Positions 1 through 12,826 are shown, counted from the first letter of the stretch. The stretch: 64,000 bases of DNA from Eledone cirrhosa (GCA_964016885.1 OZ024741.1:207452001-207516000), one strand, 5' to 3'. Translations and numbers: made by a program. The notes: a model not told the origin generated them from the sequence alone.

Positions 1-1880
1 AACGGGAGCATTCCCAGTTTTGTGAGCCGGGGAGTGGTGGAGCTGATGAGAAAAGACCCGAAAAAGGAGGATGTTATCGATAACTTCAGGCCCATAACCC
101 TGCTAAATGCAGAGTTCAAGATTTTGGCCAAGGTGTTAGCAACGAGGTTGGCGCTTGTCGTCGAGGGTCTGGTGGGAGACATGCGCCATCTCGGACAATC
201 CACACACGACAACCACCACCTCATGCGATACATCGTAGAGAGGGTGGTTAAGGAACGTGGCACGGGTGGGTCCCTGATCAACTTGGATCAATGTTAAGCA
301 TTCGATAGGGTCGACACGTCCAGGTGCTCGGTACCGCTCTCAAGGTGACAGGAGTAAAGATTAACCAGGAAAAGACGGTGGGCTTGCAGCTCGGCACCTG
401 GAGAGGCAAGTCCATGCCGTCGTGGGGTGTTGGACGGACGGACTGGTTAAATTGCTCGGGGTCTGGTTCGGACCGGACCTCCAGATAGATAAAAACTGGA
501 GCGAGGTGATGAGCAGGGTGGCCTCCCTCACCCAGAAATGGGACGAGAGGAAGCTTCCCTGAAAGGCCCGGCGGAGGTGGTGAATGCGTACATTGCATCC
601 GTCATCTGCTACCGCCTCACCGTCGTCCCTTGCCCCAGCCCAATTCTCACCAAAATGGAGCGCCTCCTATTCCGCTTTTTGTGGAAGGGACGTGCTCCCA
701 TGGTCAGACGATCCATCTGCTGTCAACACCCGTTGCGTGGATGTCTGGGCATGCCATGGCTGATGATGCGCAAACATGCGCTGAGGCTGCGACATCTCTG
801 GTGCTTCTTTGATGGTGAACAGGTGTGGTCGCCGTTCGCCAGGCACATCTTCCCACAGCTCGTCTCCTTAACGGAGTTGCAGTCGTGGGTCAGGAAAAGA
901 CCGAGGGATAGCGCTTGGAAACTGGTATGTCTCCAAGCACACACCGCCCTCTGCCAGCTGGGCACCAGTATCGGTGGAACATCCACCATGACGTTCTATA
1001 GAGGACTAATGGAGGGGAAGAGCGACAACGTTCTCGGAGAAATCCTGGGCGTCGAAGAAGATCAGATGTTTGCTCTCTTCCAGAGAATTTTCAGCCCAGA
1101 GCCTATGGATAACTTCCAAAAGTCCCTGGCCTGGCAGTGCTACCGGGGAGCATTGCCAGTTTGAGATAACCTCTACAGGCATAGAAGTGCCGTCAGCCGA
1201 GCCTGTCCGAGATGCGCGCAGAGCGACGAAACCGTCGTGCACGCACTCGTTCAGTGCCCGAGCATTGCTGACTTGTGGAGCTATGTCGAACAGTTGCTGT
1301 CACGTGTAGGACTGATCCGGTTATCGACTGAGTCCATTGTGCAGATGGTCTCCTCGTCTTCCTTCAAGGAGGAAGGGCAGGCGGTTTTCATCTGCCTGGT
1401 GGCCATGGCGAAAGAGATTGTGTGGTGGACACGGTTGAAAGGATTGAAGACAGACACTTTCCTCTTCAGCGAAACCCTAATTAACTTTTTCAAGTTTCAC
1501 TTGAAGAGGAAAATCAGGGTGGAGAGGCAAGTGCTGCCTTCTAGCAAGTTTGTTGAAAGGTGGGTGAATGTAGCGAGAATGGTCCGAGTGAACGGGACCG
1601 CTCTGAATATATGCCTGTAGTTTGAGAGAGGGCGCTTGTCCTGGTGTTCAGGGTGGCTGTGGTCTTTTGTGTGGTTTTCGCCACGCGTAACCCTCGGAGG
1701 TTCCCCTCTGTTGGGGAATTTTTCATTGTTTATATATATATATATATGTTTCTGTCTTTTTCTTTTCTTATATAAATAATAAAATCTTTACATGCACAAA
1801 ACCCACATCGTACCATCCTGTACCGTCTGTAATGTTTTTCTTGATGTCAGCCCTTGTGGCCAATAAAGAAATCATTATTA
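1..1880 (+). mobile_element. L1/Tx1-clade LINE, decayed 3' part (RT fragment plus CCHC zinc knuckle)
   Basis: NFRPITLLNAEFKILAKVLA, LINLDQ..AFDRVD, LFRFLWKG, CPRC..SDETVVHALVQC; internal deletions and frameshifts; AATAAA at 1862 then (ATT)n. Confidence 0.85.
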
Positions 1881-1882
1881 TT

Positions 1883-2070
1883 GGGGGTGGATTGGCAGTA
1901 TCGGTAGAGGGTCGGACGCCATGCTTTCCAGCATAGTTACGTCCCTTTACGATCTGAGTTCAAATCCCGCCGAGGTTCACTTTGCCTTTCATCCTTACGG
2001 GGTCGATAAAATAAAGTACCAGTAATGTACTGGGTAATAGCTGGCCTTGTGCCTAAAGTAGAAACAATTA
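1883..2070 (+). mobile_element. tRNA-derived SINE family 1, full length (about 190 bp)
   Basis: A-box TGGCAGTATCGGTAG, B-box GAGTTCAAATCC, core GCCTTTCATCCTTACGGGGTCGATAAAATAAAGTACC, tail AGAAACAATTATT; about 16 copies in the window. Confidence 0.88.
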
Positions 2071-2374
2071 TTATTATATATATATATTATAATAATAATA
2101 ATAATAATAATGAGAGAATCGGAGACGAGCTTACATACTGAGGCATATCTGAGGATCTTTCAATTCCAGAGTCAGGTTCGATCAATAATAGATCATTCCT
2201 CAAGCCGATCGACAGTGAAACATATGTAATATGTTATTGAATATGTTATGATGCAACACTAACTCTTTGTTCCTTTATTCTTATACTATTATACTCTGCT
2301 CTGCACAAGCATCGAGTGCTCACCCAGCATACCGCCTGTGGGCGTAATTTTCTTGCACCTATACACCTGGCTCT

Positions 2375-3795
2375 GCCCTTAGCCCCCTCCTTTTTATTAT
2401 TGCCCTTCAGACTATAACAGAGGAGTTTAAGACCGGTTGCCCATGGGAACTCCTATACGCAGATGATCTAACTCTCATAGCTGAACTAGAGAAGAAATTC
2501 GAAACATGGAAGCATGGCCTAGAATCAAAAGGCCTTAAAGTTAACTTGTCTAAGACTAAAGTTCTAGTATGTAGAAAGGAAAATAGGGCGCAGGTGCCCT
2601 CTGGGAAATGGCCATGCTCAGTGTGTAGGAAAGTAGTGGGTAGAAATTCCACTTTATGTCCCAAATGCAAACTATGGCTACATAAAAGATGTAGTTGGAT
2701 CACAGGTAAGCTATCTAAGAACGTAGATTTTATATGTGGCCGATGCTCAGGTCCAATAAGTAGCAAGTGCCCACAGGATACTAGCTCCTTCTATTGCCCA
2801 GATGGTTCTATAGAAGTAGTGGACACTTTCCGTTACCTGTGTTACAAAATCAGCAGTGGTGGAGGGTGCTCAGAAAGTACAGTAGCCAGAGTCAGAACGG
2901 GATGGAAAAAGTTCAGAGAGCTTATACCGCTGCTGGCCACAAAAGGTTTCTCTCTAAAAATGAAAGGCAGATTGTATGATGCTTGTATACGAACAGCAAT
3001 TCTACATGGCAGTGAGACATGGGCATTGTGTGCAGAGGATCTGCGCAGACTGGAAAGGAATGAAGCATACATGCTCCATTGGATGTGTAATAGTAATATA
3101 CGTGAACGGCAAAACATAAATGAACTAAGTGAGAAATTAGGAATAAGAGGTATCAGATGCTGTTTACTTGAGAGAAGACTATGTTGGTATGGTCACGTGA
3201 TGTGCATGAAAGACGACAGCTGTATAAAAAAAGTGCAGGGCGATCAAAATTGATGGTAGTTACGGAGTAGGTAGACCCAGAAAAACCTGGACGATTTGAT
3301 AAATTCCGACCTTACACACTTGCACCTCTCTAAGACAATGTCACTGGACCGAGATCTTTGGCACCATGCAGTAATACAGAAGACCCGCCTTACCTATGAA
3401 CAAAGCGAAACCTACAGTCATTAGGCATCTCTTAACCAAATATACACCCTAATCCATTACTCCTAACACTTCCTCCCACTCCCACCAACATCACCCTCTC
3501 TCTGTAAAGTTGGTACCACAACATCCAGTCCAAATAAATCATATCGAGATCGTGTAGGTGTCATGACAAAAAAAAACCAGTCCACGCTGTACTGTTGTCG
3601 TGTAGGTAACACAGTAAACAGTTCCCAGTCGACACTGTAAATGTGGTTGGTGTTAGGAAGGGCATCCAGCCGTAGAAAACTTGCCAGATAGTCCTATATG
3701 AGCAAGACATGGTCACCTGACCAACCTTGCCTGAAATCGGGACAACTCCCGTCTAACCCATGTTAGCGTGGAAGATGGACGTTAACCGATGATAT
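2375..3795 (+). mobile_element. RTE LINE subfamily A, 5'-truncated
   Basis: PWELLYADDL, PHD-like finger, FRYL, GRLYDACIR, HGSETW, RRLCWYGHV; 3' UTR ends GGACGTTAACCGATGAT. Confidence 0.9.
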
Positions 3796-4691
3796 ATATA
3801 TATATGTAGATATATATATATGGGATAACAAGTTATCGTTATAGGTAATCCAGTTAGAGGTTATGAGTACTCCGCATCGTGGATAGTTTTAACGTACGGC
3901 TTTGTTTGACTCTACAGCGAGATCGCGGTAATTTCTATGCAGGTTATACTTGGAGTAATAATAGTTAAAGAAAGAAGACTAGCATGGTTGGCTGTACAAT
4001 AAGGGCTTTATTTAAAGTACTGACAATTGTTTCGTTCATCAGATGTGTCTAGAGTTCGCTAATCGCTTGAGTTTGCGTCACTCGATCTCCAATGCATTGT
4101 CAACACAGAGTACGTAGATATGAAAATAATTCATTCGAGACAAGACTTGTATAGAAAAACAGCGTAAAACCAAAACAATACCATCAATAATAAAATAGCG
4201 TATAATTAAAACAATAACATCAATAATAAAACATGTATGGTAAATAGGTAGAGAAGTTACAGATGTAAAAAGTAAAATATAAGATAGGGTACATTAAAAA
4301 ATAATAAGAAAATGAGGAAATGGAAAATATAAAGAAATAAATGAGTGAGAGAGTGCAAGTAGATATTAGTAGTTTTTGAGTAAGTGTTCTTATAAGGATT
4401 CGTTGGTGCTAACATGAGAAACCAGATTTGAGATGTAGATAAATACGTGTAGAGGTTCCGATAAAAGAAAAGACAATAAATTAGAAATTAATTGGTGTAT
4501 ACATGTATTATATTTATGGGCTAGGGATGACAGGATGTTTGATAAACACTTGTAAATGTTTTGCTGATTTTCTATCTTAATGGGGTTGATGGAGAGAGGG
4601 TGGAAGAAATATACAGAGATTTATGATCCAGTGACCAGTTGGCAGTTTGATAGCTAATAGCAGTGCGATGGTGTGTATTCTATATATATAT

Positions 4692-5605
4692 ATCATCATT
4701 ATCATCATCATCATCATCATCATCATTTTACGTCCGCTTTTCACTGCTTGCAAGGGCGGGACGGGTCTTATTCAGCACAGCATCTCTCCACTCGTCACGG
4801 TCCCTCGTCATCTCCACCGTGAGCTTCAATGATCTGAGGTCTGTTCTCACCACCTCCGCCCATGTTTTTCGTGGTCTACCTCTACCACGTCTTCCTTCAA
4901 CTGGCATTTCCTGGCACTTCTTCACCCATCGGTCATCCTCCATGCGCATCACATGTCCATACCATCTCAGTCTCCTCTCCCGTACACTACATTCTATCCC
5001 TCTCAGACACAGTTTCTCTCTCAACACATTTATGCTGGGTCGTTCACGCACATTTACACTGCACATCCAACGGAGCATGCTTGCCTCATTTCTCTCCAGC
5101 CGTCGCATATCTTCTGCGGTAGCTGCCCATGTCTCACTACCATGCAGCATCGCGCTCCTCACACAGGCATCATACAACCGGCCTTTCGTACGCAGGGAGA
5201 AACCCTTCTTTGTCAACAGAGGAAGCAGCTCCCTAAACTTCTTCCAACCCGTCCTTATTCTAGATACTATGGCCTCGGAACACCCTCCTCCCATGCTAAT
5301 CTGATCTCCTAGGTACCGGAAGCTATCCACCACTTCTATAGCGCCCTCTCGCATTTGAAAAATGTGTCTATCAGTGCGACTTCTACTGTCTAATTTCCCT
5401 GTACATCTACTGCATACATATTTCTCCCTACCTGTTAGTTTGCCTGCTATCCCGCTACATCTCTTGTGTACCCAGGACCTACATTGTGTGCATTTTATAG
5501 AATTTATGCCAGTTCCTTTTCTACATATCGAACATGGCCATTTCCCTGACGGAATCAGGGTTTTGTCCTCTTTTCTACTCATCAACACTTTTGTCTTAGC
5601 TAGAT
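4692..5605 (-). mobile_element. RTE LINE subfamily B, 5'-truncated, ORF remnant intact (286 aa)
   Basis: ORF 4728..5588(-): FRYLG, LHGSETW, RRLRWYGHV, RGRGRPRKTW; (ATG)n tail immediately after the stop. Confidence 0.92.
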
Positions 5606-5676
5606 TTATATATATATATGTATATATTCAATGATATTAAATAAATGGAAACTATATTAATAAAACCATATTTATT

Positions 5677-5729
5677 CTATTATATATATTTCAAGGGTAC
5701 CAAAATTTTGGTACACTCTCATCAGATAA
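5677..5729 (-). ncRNA. Type I hammerhead ribozyme
   Basis: TTAT-CTGATGA-GAGTGTACCAAAATTTTGGTACCCTT-GAAA-TATAT-ATA-ATAG on the minus strand; stems I, II and III pair. Confidence 0.82.
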
Positions 5730-7146
5730 AATACAAAGTTTGTTTTATAAATATTGACATAACCAGGAAGAAGATCTTAATGGTTCAAGTTATTCCTGGA
5801 TAGTAAAGGAAAGAAGGGAAAGGGAAAAAAAGTCAAATATTTCAAATTATTAAGATTAATATGCAAATGAGGTTGAGGTATAGGGGTGAAAAAAATGTTA
5901 TTTTTAGACGCTAGGTAGACTTAAATAATTATTAGGATATATGTATATATGTGAAGGAAGAAGAAAGAGAAAGAAAGAAGAGCTTGTATTTACGTTAATT
6001 TAAAAAGAATTAATAGTTTGTAGGAATGGTGGAATATGATTCCAGAATTTACTCAGAAAGTATGTCATTTAAAATGATGCTATTATTTACTGAGTATTTC
6101 TTTAAAAATTTGAATTTTTTAAATGATTTTTATTAAATTTAGTATTTTTACCATTTGATATTCTTTTCCTTATGATACTCTTCTTAATCTATTTTTTAGA
6201 TGTAGATTGATAATCTTTAATTGACATTCTGAAAGATATCCTCTTTACGATAGTTTTTCGAAATGCATAATACTTTTTTCCTCTTTTTAATCTTCAAACT
6301 TTTCACACATCTTTCAACGTAAATAATATGTAATTGAAATTCTCATCGATGAAAAAATTAATCTCACGAAATAATATATAATTTTCTCTACATTTTCTCT
6401 GAGTAAATCATTCACCAAATTTAATGGTTAGCAAATAAGATTGGAGTTCTCTTTTCCTTTACAATTGAGCAAACATACACATTATAACTTGTATGATAAA
6501 CTATATAACTTCGCTAAATTAACAATATTCTGAAAACATTTTCAATGTTGGAACAAAATATTTGAATCTACAAATTGTTCTCCTCTTACAACTTAAACTA
6601 TGTCTTTTTCTTAAATATTTATGCAAAATGAACATCCTTCGTAACTCCTATGAGAAATATAAACAATTAATAAGTGCGGTTTTATAAAATCACCAAGAAT
6701 ACTTATACTTGCACAATTATTAATCTATATAGATATTTATATACTTACAACCTGTTGTAATGTAATAAGATAAAATGTACTTACAACCATAATTCTTCAT
6801 ATAATCTAATTGATTATATATACAATATTATAACTCATAATATAGCTAAATAATTTTTTTACAAACTGTTAATTCTTTTTAAATTAACGTAAATACAAGC
6901 TCTTCTTTCTTTCTTCTTCCTAGACATATATACATATATCCTAATAATTATTTAAATTTACCTAGCGTCTAAAAATAACATTTTTTTCAGCCCTATACCT
7001 CAACCTCATTTGCATACTCATCTTAATAATTTGAAATATTTGACTTTTCTCCTCTTTCCCTTCTTTCCTTTACTATCCAAGAAAAACTTGAACCATTAAG
7101 ATCTTCTTCCTGGTTATGTCAATATTTATAAAACAAACTTTGTATT

Positions 7147-7201
7147 TTATCTGATGAGAGTGTACCAAAGTTTTGGTACCCTTGAAATATATATATAATA
7201 G
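7147..7201 (+). ncRNA. Type I hammerhead ribozyme
   Basis: TTAT-CTGATGA-GAGTGTACCAAAGTTTTGGTACCCTT-GAAA-TATATAT-ATA-ATAG. Confidence 0.82.
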
Positions 7202-7371
7202 AATAAATATGGTTTTATAAATATAGTTTCCATTTATTTAATATCAAAACTTTATCAAAAATTTATTTAATATCAAAACTTTATAAATATAGTTTCCATT
7301 TATTTAATATCAAATCTGTTATAAACATTTATATTTGTTGAATTACCAACAAATTAAATATCCCTTTTGGT

Positions 7372-7530
7372 TATATATATATATGTATGTATATGTATAT
7401 TTATATACATACATATATATATATATACATATATACATATATATATGTATATATATATATTTATATATATACATATATATATACATATATATATATATAT
7501 ACATATATACATATATATACATATATACAT

Positions 7531-7557
<27 letters not shown>
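7372..7557. repeat. (TA)n/(TACA)n compound microsatellite
   Basis: visible directly; insertion site of the Gypsy element. Confidence 0.95.
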
Positions 7558-7561
<4 letters not shown>

Positions 7562-8005
7562 GTGACATGGTTAGTGGGTCTGGTCACTAAATCTGATCGA
7601 TTCTGAGAATAGCCCTTAAAAGGACTGTTATCACATACGGTAAGGATGAACAGACGAAGGAAGAAGTTGAAAGGACGAGTAGGCAAGAGATGTAGTTTCG
7701 TTCAAAGATTTATTCCGTACATGAAGCGACATTACAGAGGGTCAAGGTGTGTGTGAGTGACAGGTGTGGCAGAGGAGAGGAACAACGATATGCGAGCTGA
7801 CTCTGCCAAAGGTCGACTCGCGAAATCGTTTGGAACCACTCTATTTATACAAAAATAATCGTTTGATGTTTAGCCTCTTGTGTAGGCATTTTATTTTTGT
7901 GGCTGTAGGGTTGTTTGTTTCACTGGGGTGAGGTAACTAGATAAGCAGATAGAAGAGATGTTTATTTCATTGGTAAGGACAGATGTTATTTCCGGTGGCT
8001 GTACA
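7558..8005 (-). repeat. 3' LTR of the Gypsy element
   Basis: direct repeat of 12391-12826; adjacent polypurine tract. Confidence 0.93.
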
Positions 8006-8773
8006 TTAGCCCCCTGCCAGATCTTTTGTACAACAAAAGAGCGAAATATCGTATAGTAATGAGTCAGTGGTGCATTTGTCATGACAATAGCCCAAGTAGT
8101 GTCCAGCACGTTGTGAAGTTTGGTGATCATCGAGTATAGGACAGAATCGATGTAGAGATGATATGGCAAGATGTGTGTGTCAGGAAGAAAAAAAAAAAAT
8201 CTTTAAAATGACTTTGACCAGATTTATGCAGGCGTGATGAATGAGCCTGTTGCATTTGGGTTGAGATACCTGTGAATTGCGTGACTAAAAGTCTAACAGG
8301 GCAGTGAAAATAACCGTAATGGGTGAAATGAATGGCCGTAAGCATGTTGCTTAAAAGTAACAGTTTGCTCCAAAGCATATGACTTGAGCGAATGCATGTG
8401 GTAAAAAATAGCGAGGCATTCTCGAGCTATTGAGTGAATGTGTATGTAAAAAAGAAGGTCAGTGTTTTGAGGATGCGATTTGTGAAATGTGTGATCAAAG
8501 AGAAAACATTTTGTAGTGTAAGAGTTAGAGGGACAAAATATCTACTGCTCAGTGCATGAACGAAAGGTGAAACAAACGTGGTTGTGTAGTGTGCATGAAA
8601 AATAGAATATGTACACGCCTTGTATATATATAAAAATTATGGCAATTACACAATTAATATTGCAGAACATGGAAAATAAATAAATTTTTGCGAAACAAGA
8701 GAGAGAAGAAAAAAAAATGCTATACACACTGTTTGTTCTTAAATAGTGTTTATAATAGATAATGTTCATAATA

Positions 8774-8893
8774 AATAATTGTTTCTACGTTAGGCACAAG
8801 GCCAGCAATTACCCAGTGTATTACTGGTACTTTATTTTATCGACCCCGTAAGGATGAAAGGCAAAGTTAACCTCGGCGGGATTTGAACTCAGA
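8774..8893 (-). mobile_element. SINE family 1, 5'-truncated, nested in the Gypsy 3' UTR
   Basis: reverse complement of the 3' two-thirds of 1883-2070. Confidence 0.85.
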
Positions 8894-11800
8894 AGCACAT
8901 GGTCACAAAAAATTGCAATTGTTCAAGCAGAAAGTTCATTGTATTTGAAACTGGAAATAGTAAACACAAGGAAAATGGAAGTGTTTTGCAAGAAGAATGA
9001 TTAAGAAACTCACTTTAGGTTAACGGTAATTCACATATTGTGCCAACTTTGCGGGCCAATGGACGCGTCGTCCGCTTCTCGTGACTGGAGATGAAACAGG
9101 TGGCTTGCTGGGACAGCAATCTGTTGGAGCTTCTGGTGTAGAGACTGTAACTGTATCCATGTTGACTTTTTTTAATCTGTCCACGCTGAAAGAATTCTGT
9201 TTACCATCTAGATCGAGAATAAAATATTTCTGATATTTTTTTAGAACACGGTAAGGGCCAGAATAGGGAGGTCGAAGATGAGCTGAGATGGTGTCGTTTC
9301 GAACGAAAACGTGTGTCCAATCATCAATGTCTGAAGGTACATGTGTGGCCGTGTTCTGTTGACGGGTGCTTGCAGGAGCAAGGTGAGACATATATTGTCG
9401 AAGACGGTGTACATATGATTCTGGGTCTGGAACGTCCTGAGGAGAGATGGGAGCAACCATCTGACCAGGTAGAACCAGGGTGGTGCCGTACACTAATTCT
9501 GTAGGTGTGTGTCCAAATTCCTCCTTAATGGTGGATCGAATGTCCAGAAGGATGAGTGGCAGGTATTCAAACCAGTGGGTCTTGTCTGGATATGCTTTTA
9601 TTGCAGCTTTCAATTGGCGATGGAATCTTTCCACGAGACCATTAGCTTGCGGGTGATAAGCTGTTGTGCGGATGTGTTTACATCCTAACAGGCGAGTCAG
9701 TTCCCTGAAGAGGTGGGAATCAAACTGGTGTCCTCTGTCCGTTCTTATCTTTGCTGGGGCGCCATAACGTGATACCCAGTGTAAAACCAAAGTTTTAGCG
9801 ACTATTTTCACTGAGGTATCACTTATGGGGAAAGCCTCAGGCCAACAGGAAAATCGATCTATGCAGGTGAGCAAGTGTGTGCAGTTCTGTGATGGTGGTA
9901 GAGGTCCGATGATGTCGACATGCACATGATGAAAAATTGCATCAGGTTGCGCGAATGTGCCGAGTGGAGTCGTGGACTTTGGCTTTCTGGCAAGCAATGC
10001 AGCTCCTGGACCAGTCGCGCACGTCCCACACAAAATGAGCAGAGATGAGTTTCTGTGTAGCCCGGATTCCCGGGTGAGACAATCAGTGTAAAGCAGAAAA
10101 AACTTGTCAACGATGCATCTGTGGTACGTACAGTCATTCATGACCGGTAGAAAGGTCGCACCAAATTTGTCCCAGAGAAGAAGGAATGGGAACTTGCTGA
10201 AACTTGAGGGATGGCGAATCTCGGAGCTTGATAAACTCTTTGTACGTCTCTTGGTCAGCTGCGATCTGTTGAAGGTCGATGCCTGAATGCACATGTATTG
10301 CGTTCAGCTGGATTCGGGACAGGGCATCGGCTGCTACGTTGTCTGATCCCTTGATGTGCCGAATAGCAGTTGAATATTGGGCGACAAAATCCAGGTGGCG
10401 GAGTTCTCTCGGTGTATGTCGATCAGGTTTGGTACGGAACGCATAAACTAGTGGTTTATGGTCCGTGTAGATCACGAAATCCAACCCTTCGAGCATGTGA
10501 TGAAAATGTTTAACTGAAAGGTAGGTTGCTAAGAGTTCGCGGTCAAACGTACTGTATTTGGTTTCTGCAGTTTGCAACCGCTTAGAAAAGAAGGATAAGG
10601 GTTGCCAAATGCCGTCGGCATATTGTTGTAAAGGGCCTCCAACCCCCGTGTCTGATGCGTCCACTAACAGCGAAAGAGGAGCGCCAGATCTGGGGAAAAC
10701 GAGCATGGAAGCGTTTGCCAACATTTCCTTCAGGCGGTTGAAAGATGTTAGTTCTTCCTCGTTCAGAGTGATGTCTTCGTTTTTACGAGTCCGGTTGTGA
10801 AGAACGTCCGTGAGGAGTCTGGCTGCGTCGGCACATTGAGAGATGAAACGCCTATAGAAATTCACCAAACCGACGAATTCACGCAGTTTCCGAAGTGATA
10901 TAGGTGCGGGAAAATTGCGGATAGCTTCTACTTTCTCAGGAAGTGGACGAATGCTGTCTTTATCAATGATGTGCCCGAGAAAGGACAGTGAAGGAACGCC
11001 AAGAAGGCACTTGCTGGAGTTGATGATAATACCATACTCGGCCAAACGTTGGAAAAGAAGTTCTAAATGCTTCTCGTGTTCTTGCCCGGAAGTACTTGCT
11101 ACTAGCACATCATCGATATACGCGTATACAAAGGGTAGATCACATAAGACGGTGTCAATAAACCGAACGGTGTCGTGATTGCGGTCTTCGGAATATCTGC
11201 AGGCTCCATAGGTATCTGGTTATATGCTTGTACCAAATCTACCTTGGAAAGGATGCGTGCGCCTTGCAGAGAGGCAGAAAAGTTATGCAAGTGAGGTACA
11301 GGGTAATTATCGGGTACTGTAGAATTGTTGAGTGCACGATAATCCCCACATGGTCGCCAATCATTCTTGGTCTTTTTAGGAACAAGGTGTAGGGGTGCAG
11401 ACCAGTTGCTGGAGGAAGGGCGAATGATTCCAAAGTCCAGCATGTGTTGAAACTCCTGTTTAGCGATTCTCAATCGGTCTGGAGGCAGTCTCCTTGGTTG
11501 GGCAGCTGTGAGTAGATATTGTCTCGATATGATGCGTGATACTATGTTTAATAGGTCCATCCGTAAATACCGGGCGAGTGATGTCTGGGTATTTCTGGAG
11601 AATGCAGTTGTAACACGAAGGCTCTGACTGGCAAATTACAGGACTCACTGTGGATTGCGTGGTAAATATACCTCTCATAGTGAGGTTTGTGGTGGTGTCA
11701 ATAAGCCTCCGGTTCCTCGTGTCCACCAGAAGGTTGAAGTGGTGGAGAAAATCGGCTCCTAAGATAGGGGTCGGCAGGTCTGCCACGGCGAACACCCATT

Positions 11801-12356
11801 GAAAACGATGCCTCAGGCCTAAATTGAGGGTCAGTGATTTCTCTCTGAAAGTCAGAATTGACGATCGGTTCATTGCCTGCAGAAAGGACGGTGTTGGATG
11901 TCTTTTGCACGAGACTAGTGAAACAGGAATAACACTAACCTAGGCTCCTGTATCCACGAGGTAATGGATGCCTGTCGCTTGGTTGTTGATAAAAACCAGA
12001 CGACTTTTCTTCTCAGTATCAGGGGTGAACGTCGTCGCTAGGCCCTGGTCTGCCCATTTCCCTGGGTGATATTCTAGAAAGAGCATGGGGCCTTGCACTT
12101 AGATGCTTGTGCGCCGAATTCTGCGTGATACCAGACACCCGATTTTGACTGGGACTTCTGGATCTTCAACGGTGAAAGGGCCTGGATCGACTGTTGCTGT
12201 GCCGCTGATGCGTTCGAAAGGTCAGATTTTCTAATTGGTTTGAGAGGTCTTTAATTTGACCAGCCCGCTCTCTGATCATACCCCGCAGTTCTGAAATCTC
12301 GGCCTCTGTTGTTGGTTGTACCATGTTCATGTCGGTTTCTTGTTAGGCTGCTGCCT

Positions 12357-12388
12357 GGTTGCGTGTTCGAATCATGTCGGGGTCACCA
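12357..12388 (-). promoter_or_regulatory. Primer-binding site complementary to tRNA-Trp, extended to 32 nt
   Basis: + strand reads GGTTGCGTGTTCGAATCATGTCGGGGTCACCA, i.e. the variable loop, T-arm, acceptor stem and CCA of metazoan tRNA-Trp as I recall it. Confidence 0.85.
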
Positions 12389-12390
12389 AT

Positions 12391-12826
12391 TGTAGCAACG
12401 TGGTTAGTGGGTATGGTCACTACTTCTGATCGAATCTTAAAAGGACTGTTATCGCATACGGTAAGGATGAACAGACGAAGGAAGATGTTGAAAGGACGAG
12501 TAGGCAAGAGATGTAGTTTCGTTCAAAGATTTATTCCGTACATGAAGCGACAATACAGAGGGTCAAGGCATGTGTGAGTGACAGGTGTGGCAGAGGAGAG
12601 GAACAACGATACGCGAGCTGACTCTGCCAAAGGTCGACTTGTGAAATCGTTTGGAACCACTCTATTTATACAAAAATAATCGTTTGATGTTTAGCCGCTT
12701 GTGTAGGCATTTTATTTTGGTGGCTTAAGGGTTGTTTGTTTCACTGGGGTGAGGTAACTAGATAAGCAGATAGAAGAGTTGTTTATTTCATTGGTAAGGA
12801 CAGATGTTATTTCCGGTGGCTGTACA
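12391..12826 (-). repeat. 5' LTR of the Gypsy element
   Basis: direct repeat of 7558-8005; adjacent PBS. Confidence 0.93.

Larger units (their letters stand above)
5628..7372. mobile_element. Fold-back Penelope-like element copy 1 (inverted arms about 5628-6020 and 6862-7246, each with a hammerhead)
   Basis: about 390-bp inverted repeats; (TA)n on both flanks; same termini as copies at 16857, 60358 and 62276. Confidence 0.8.
7558..12826 (-). mobile_element. Ty3/Gypsy LTR retrotransposon, CsRn1-like clade, defective
   Basis: LTRs 7558-8005 and 12391-12826 (TG..CA, about 95% identical by eye); PPT GGCAGGGGGCTAA 8006-8018; tRNA-Trp PBS; gag WYH..FG..A.KC..PC; protease LVDTGA*; [17 protein letters not shown]; RNase H VDASD, YTDHKPL; integrase HVDIIGP, TDRG, NGLVERFH, PPYSGPY. 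Confidence 0.93.

Noticed and set aside
4663-5304. 213-aa plus-strand ORF and similar antisense ORFs over RTE copies
   Set aside because: Antisense shadow of the RTE coding strand; no motif support
7335-7686. Several Y/I/T/H-rich ORFs
   Set aside because: Translations of a (TA)n/(TACA)n microsatellite
12357-12388. tRNA-Trp gene
   Set aside because: Only the 3' 32 nt are present, with an encoded CCA and next to an LTR, so it is a PBS and not a gene
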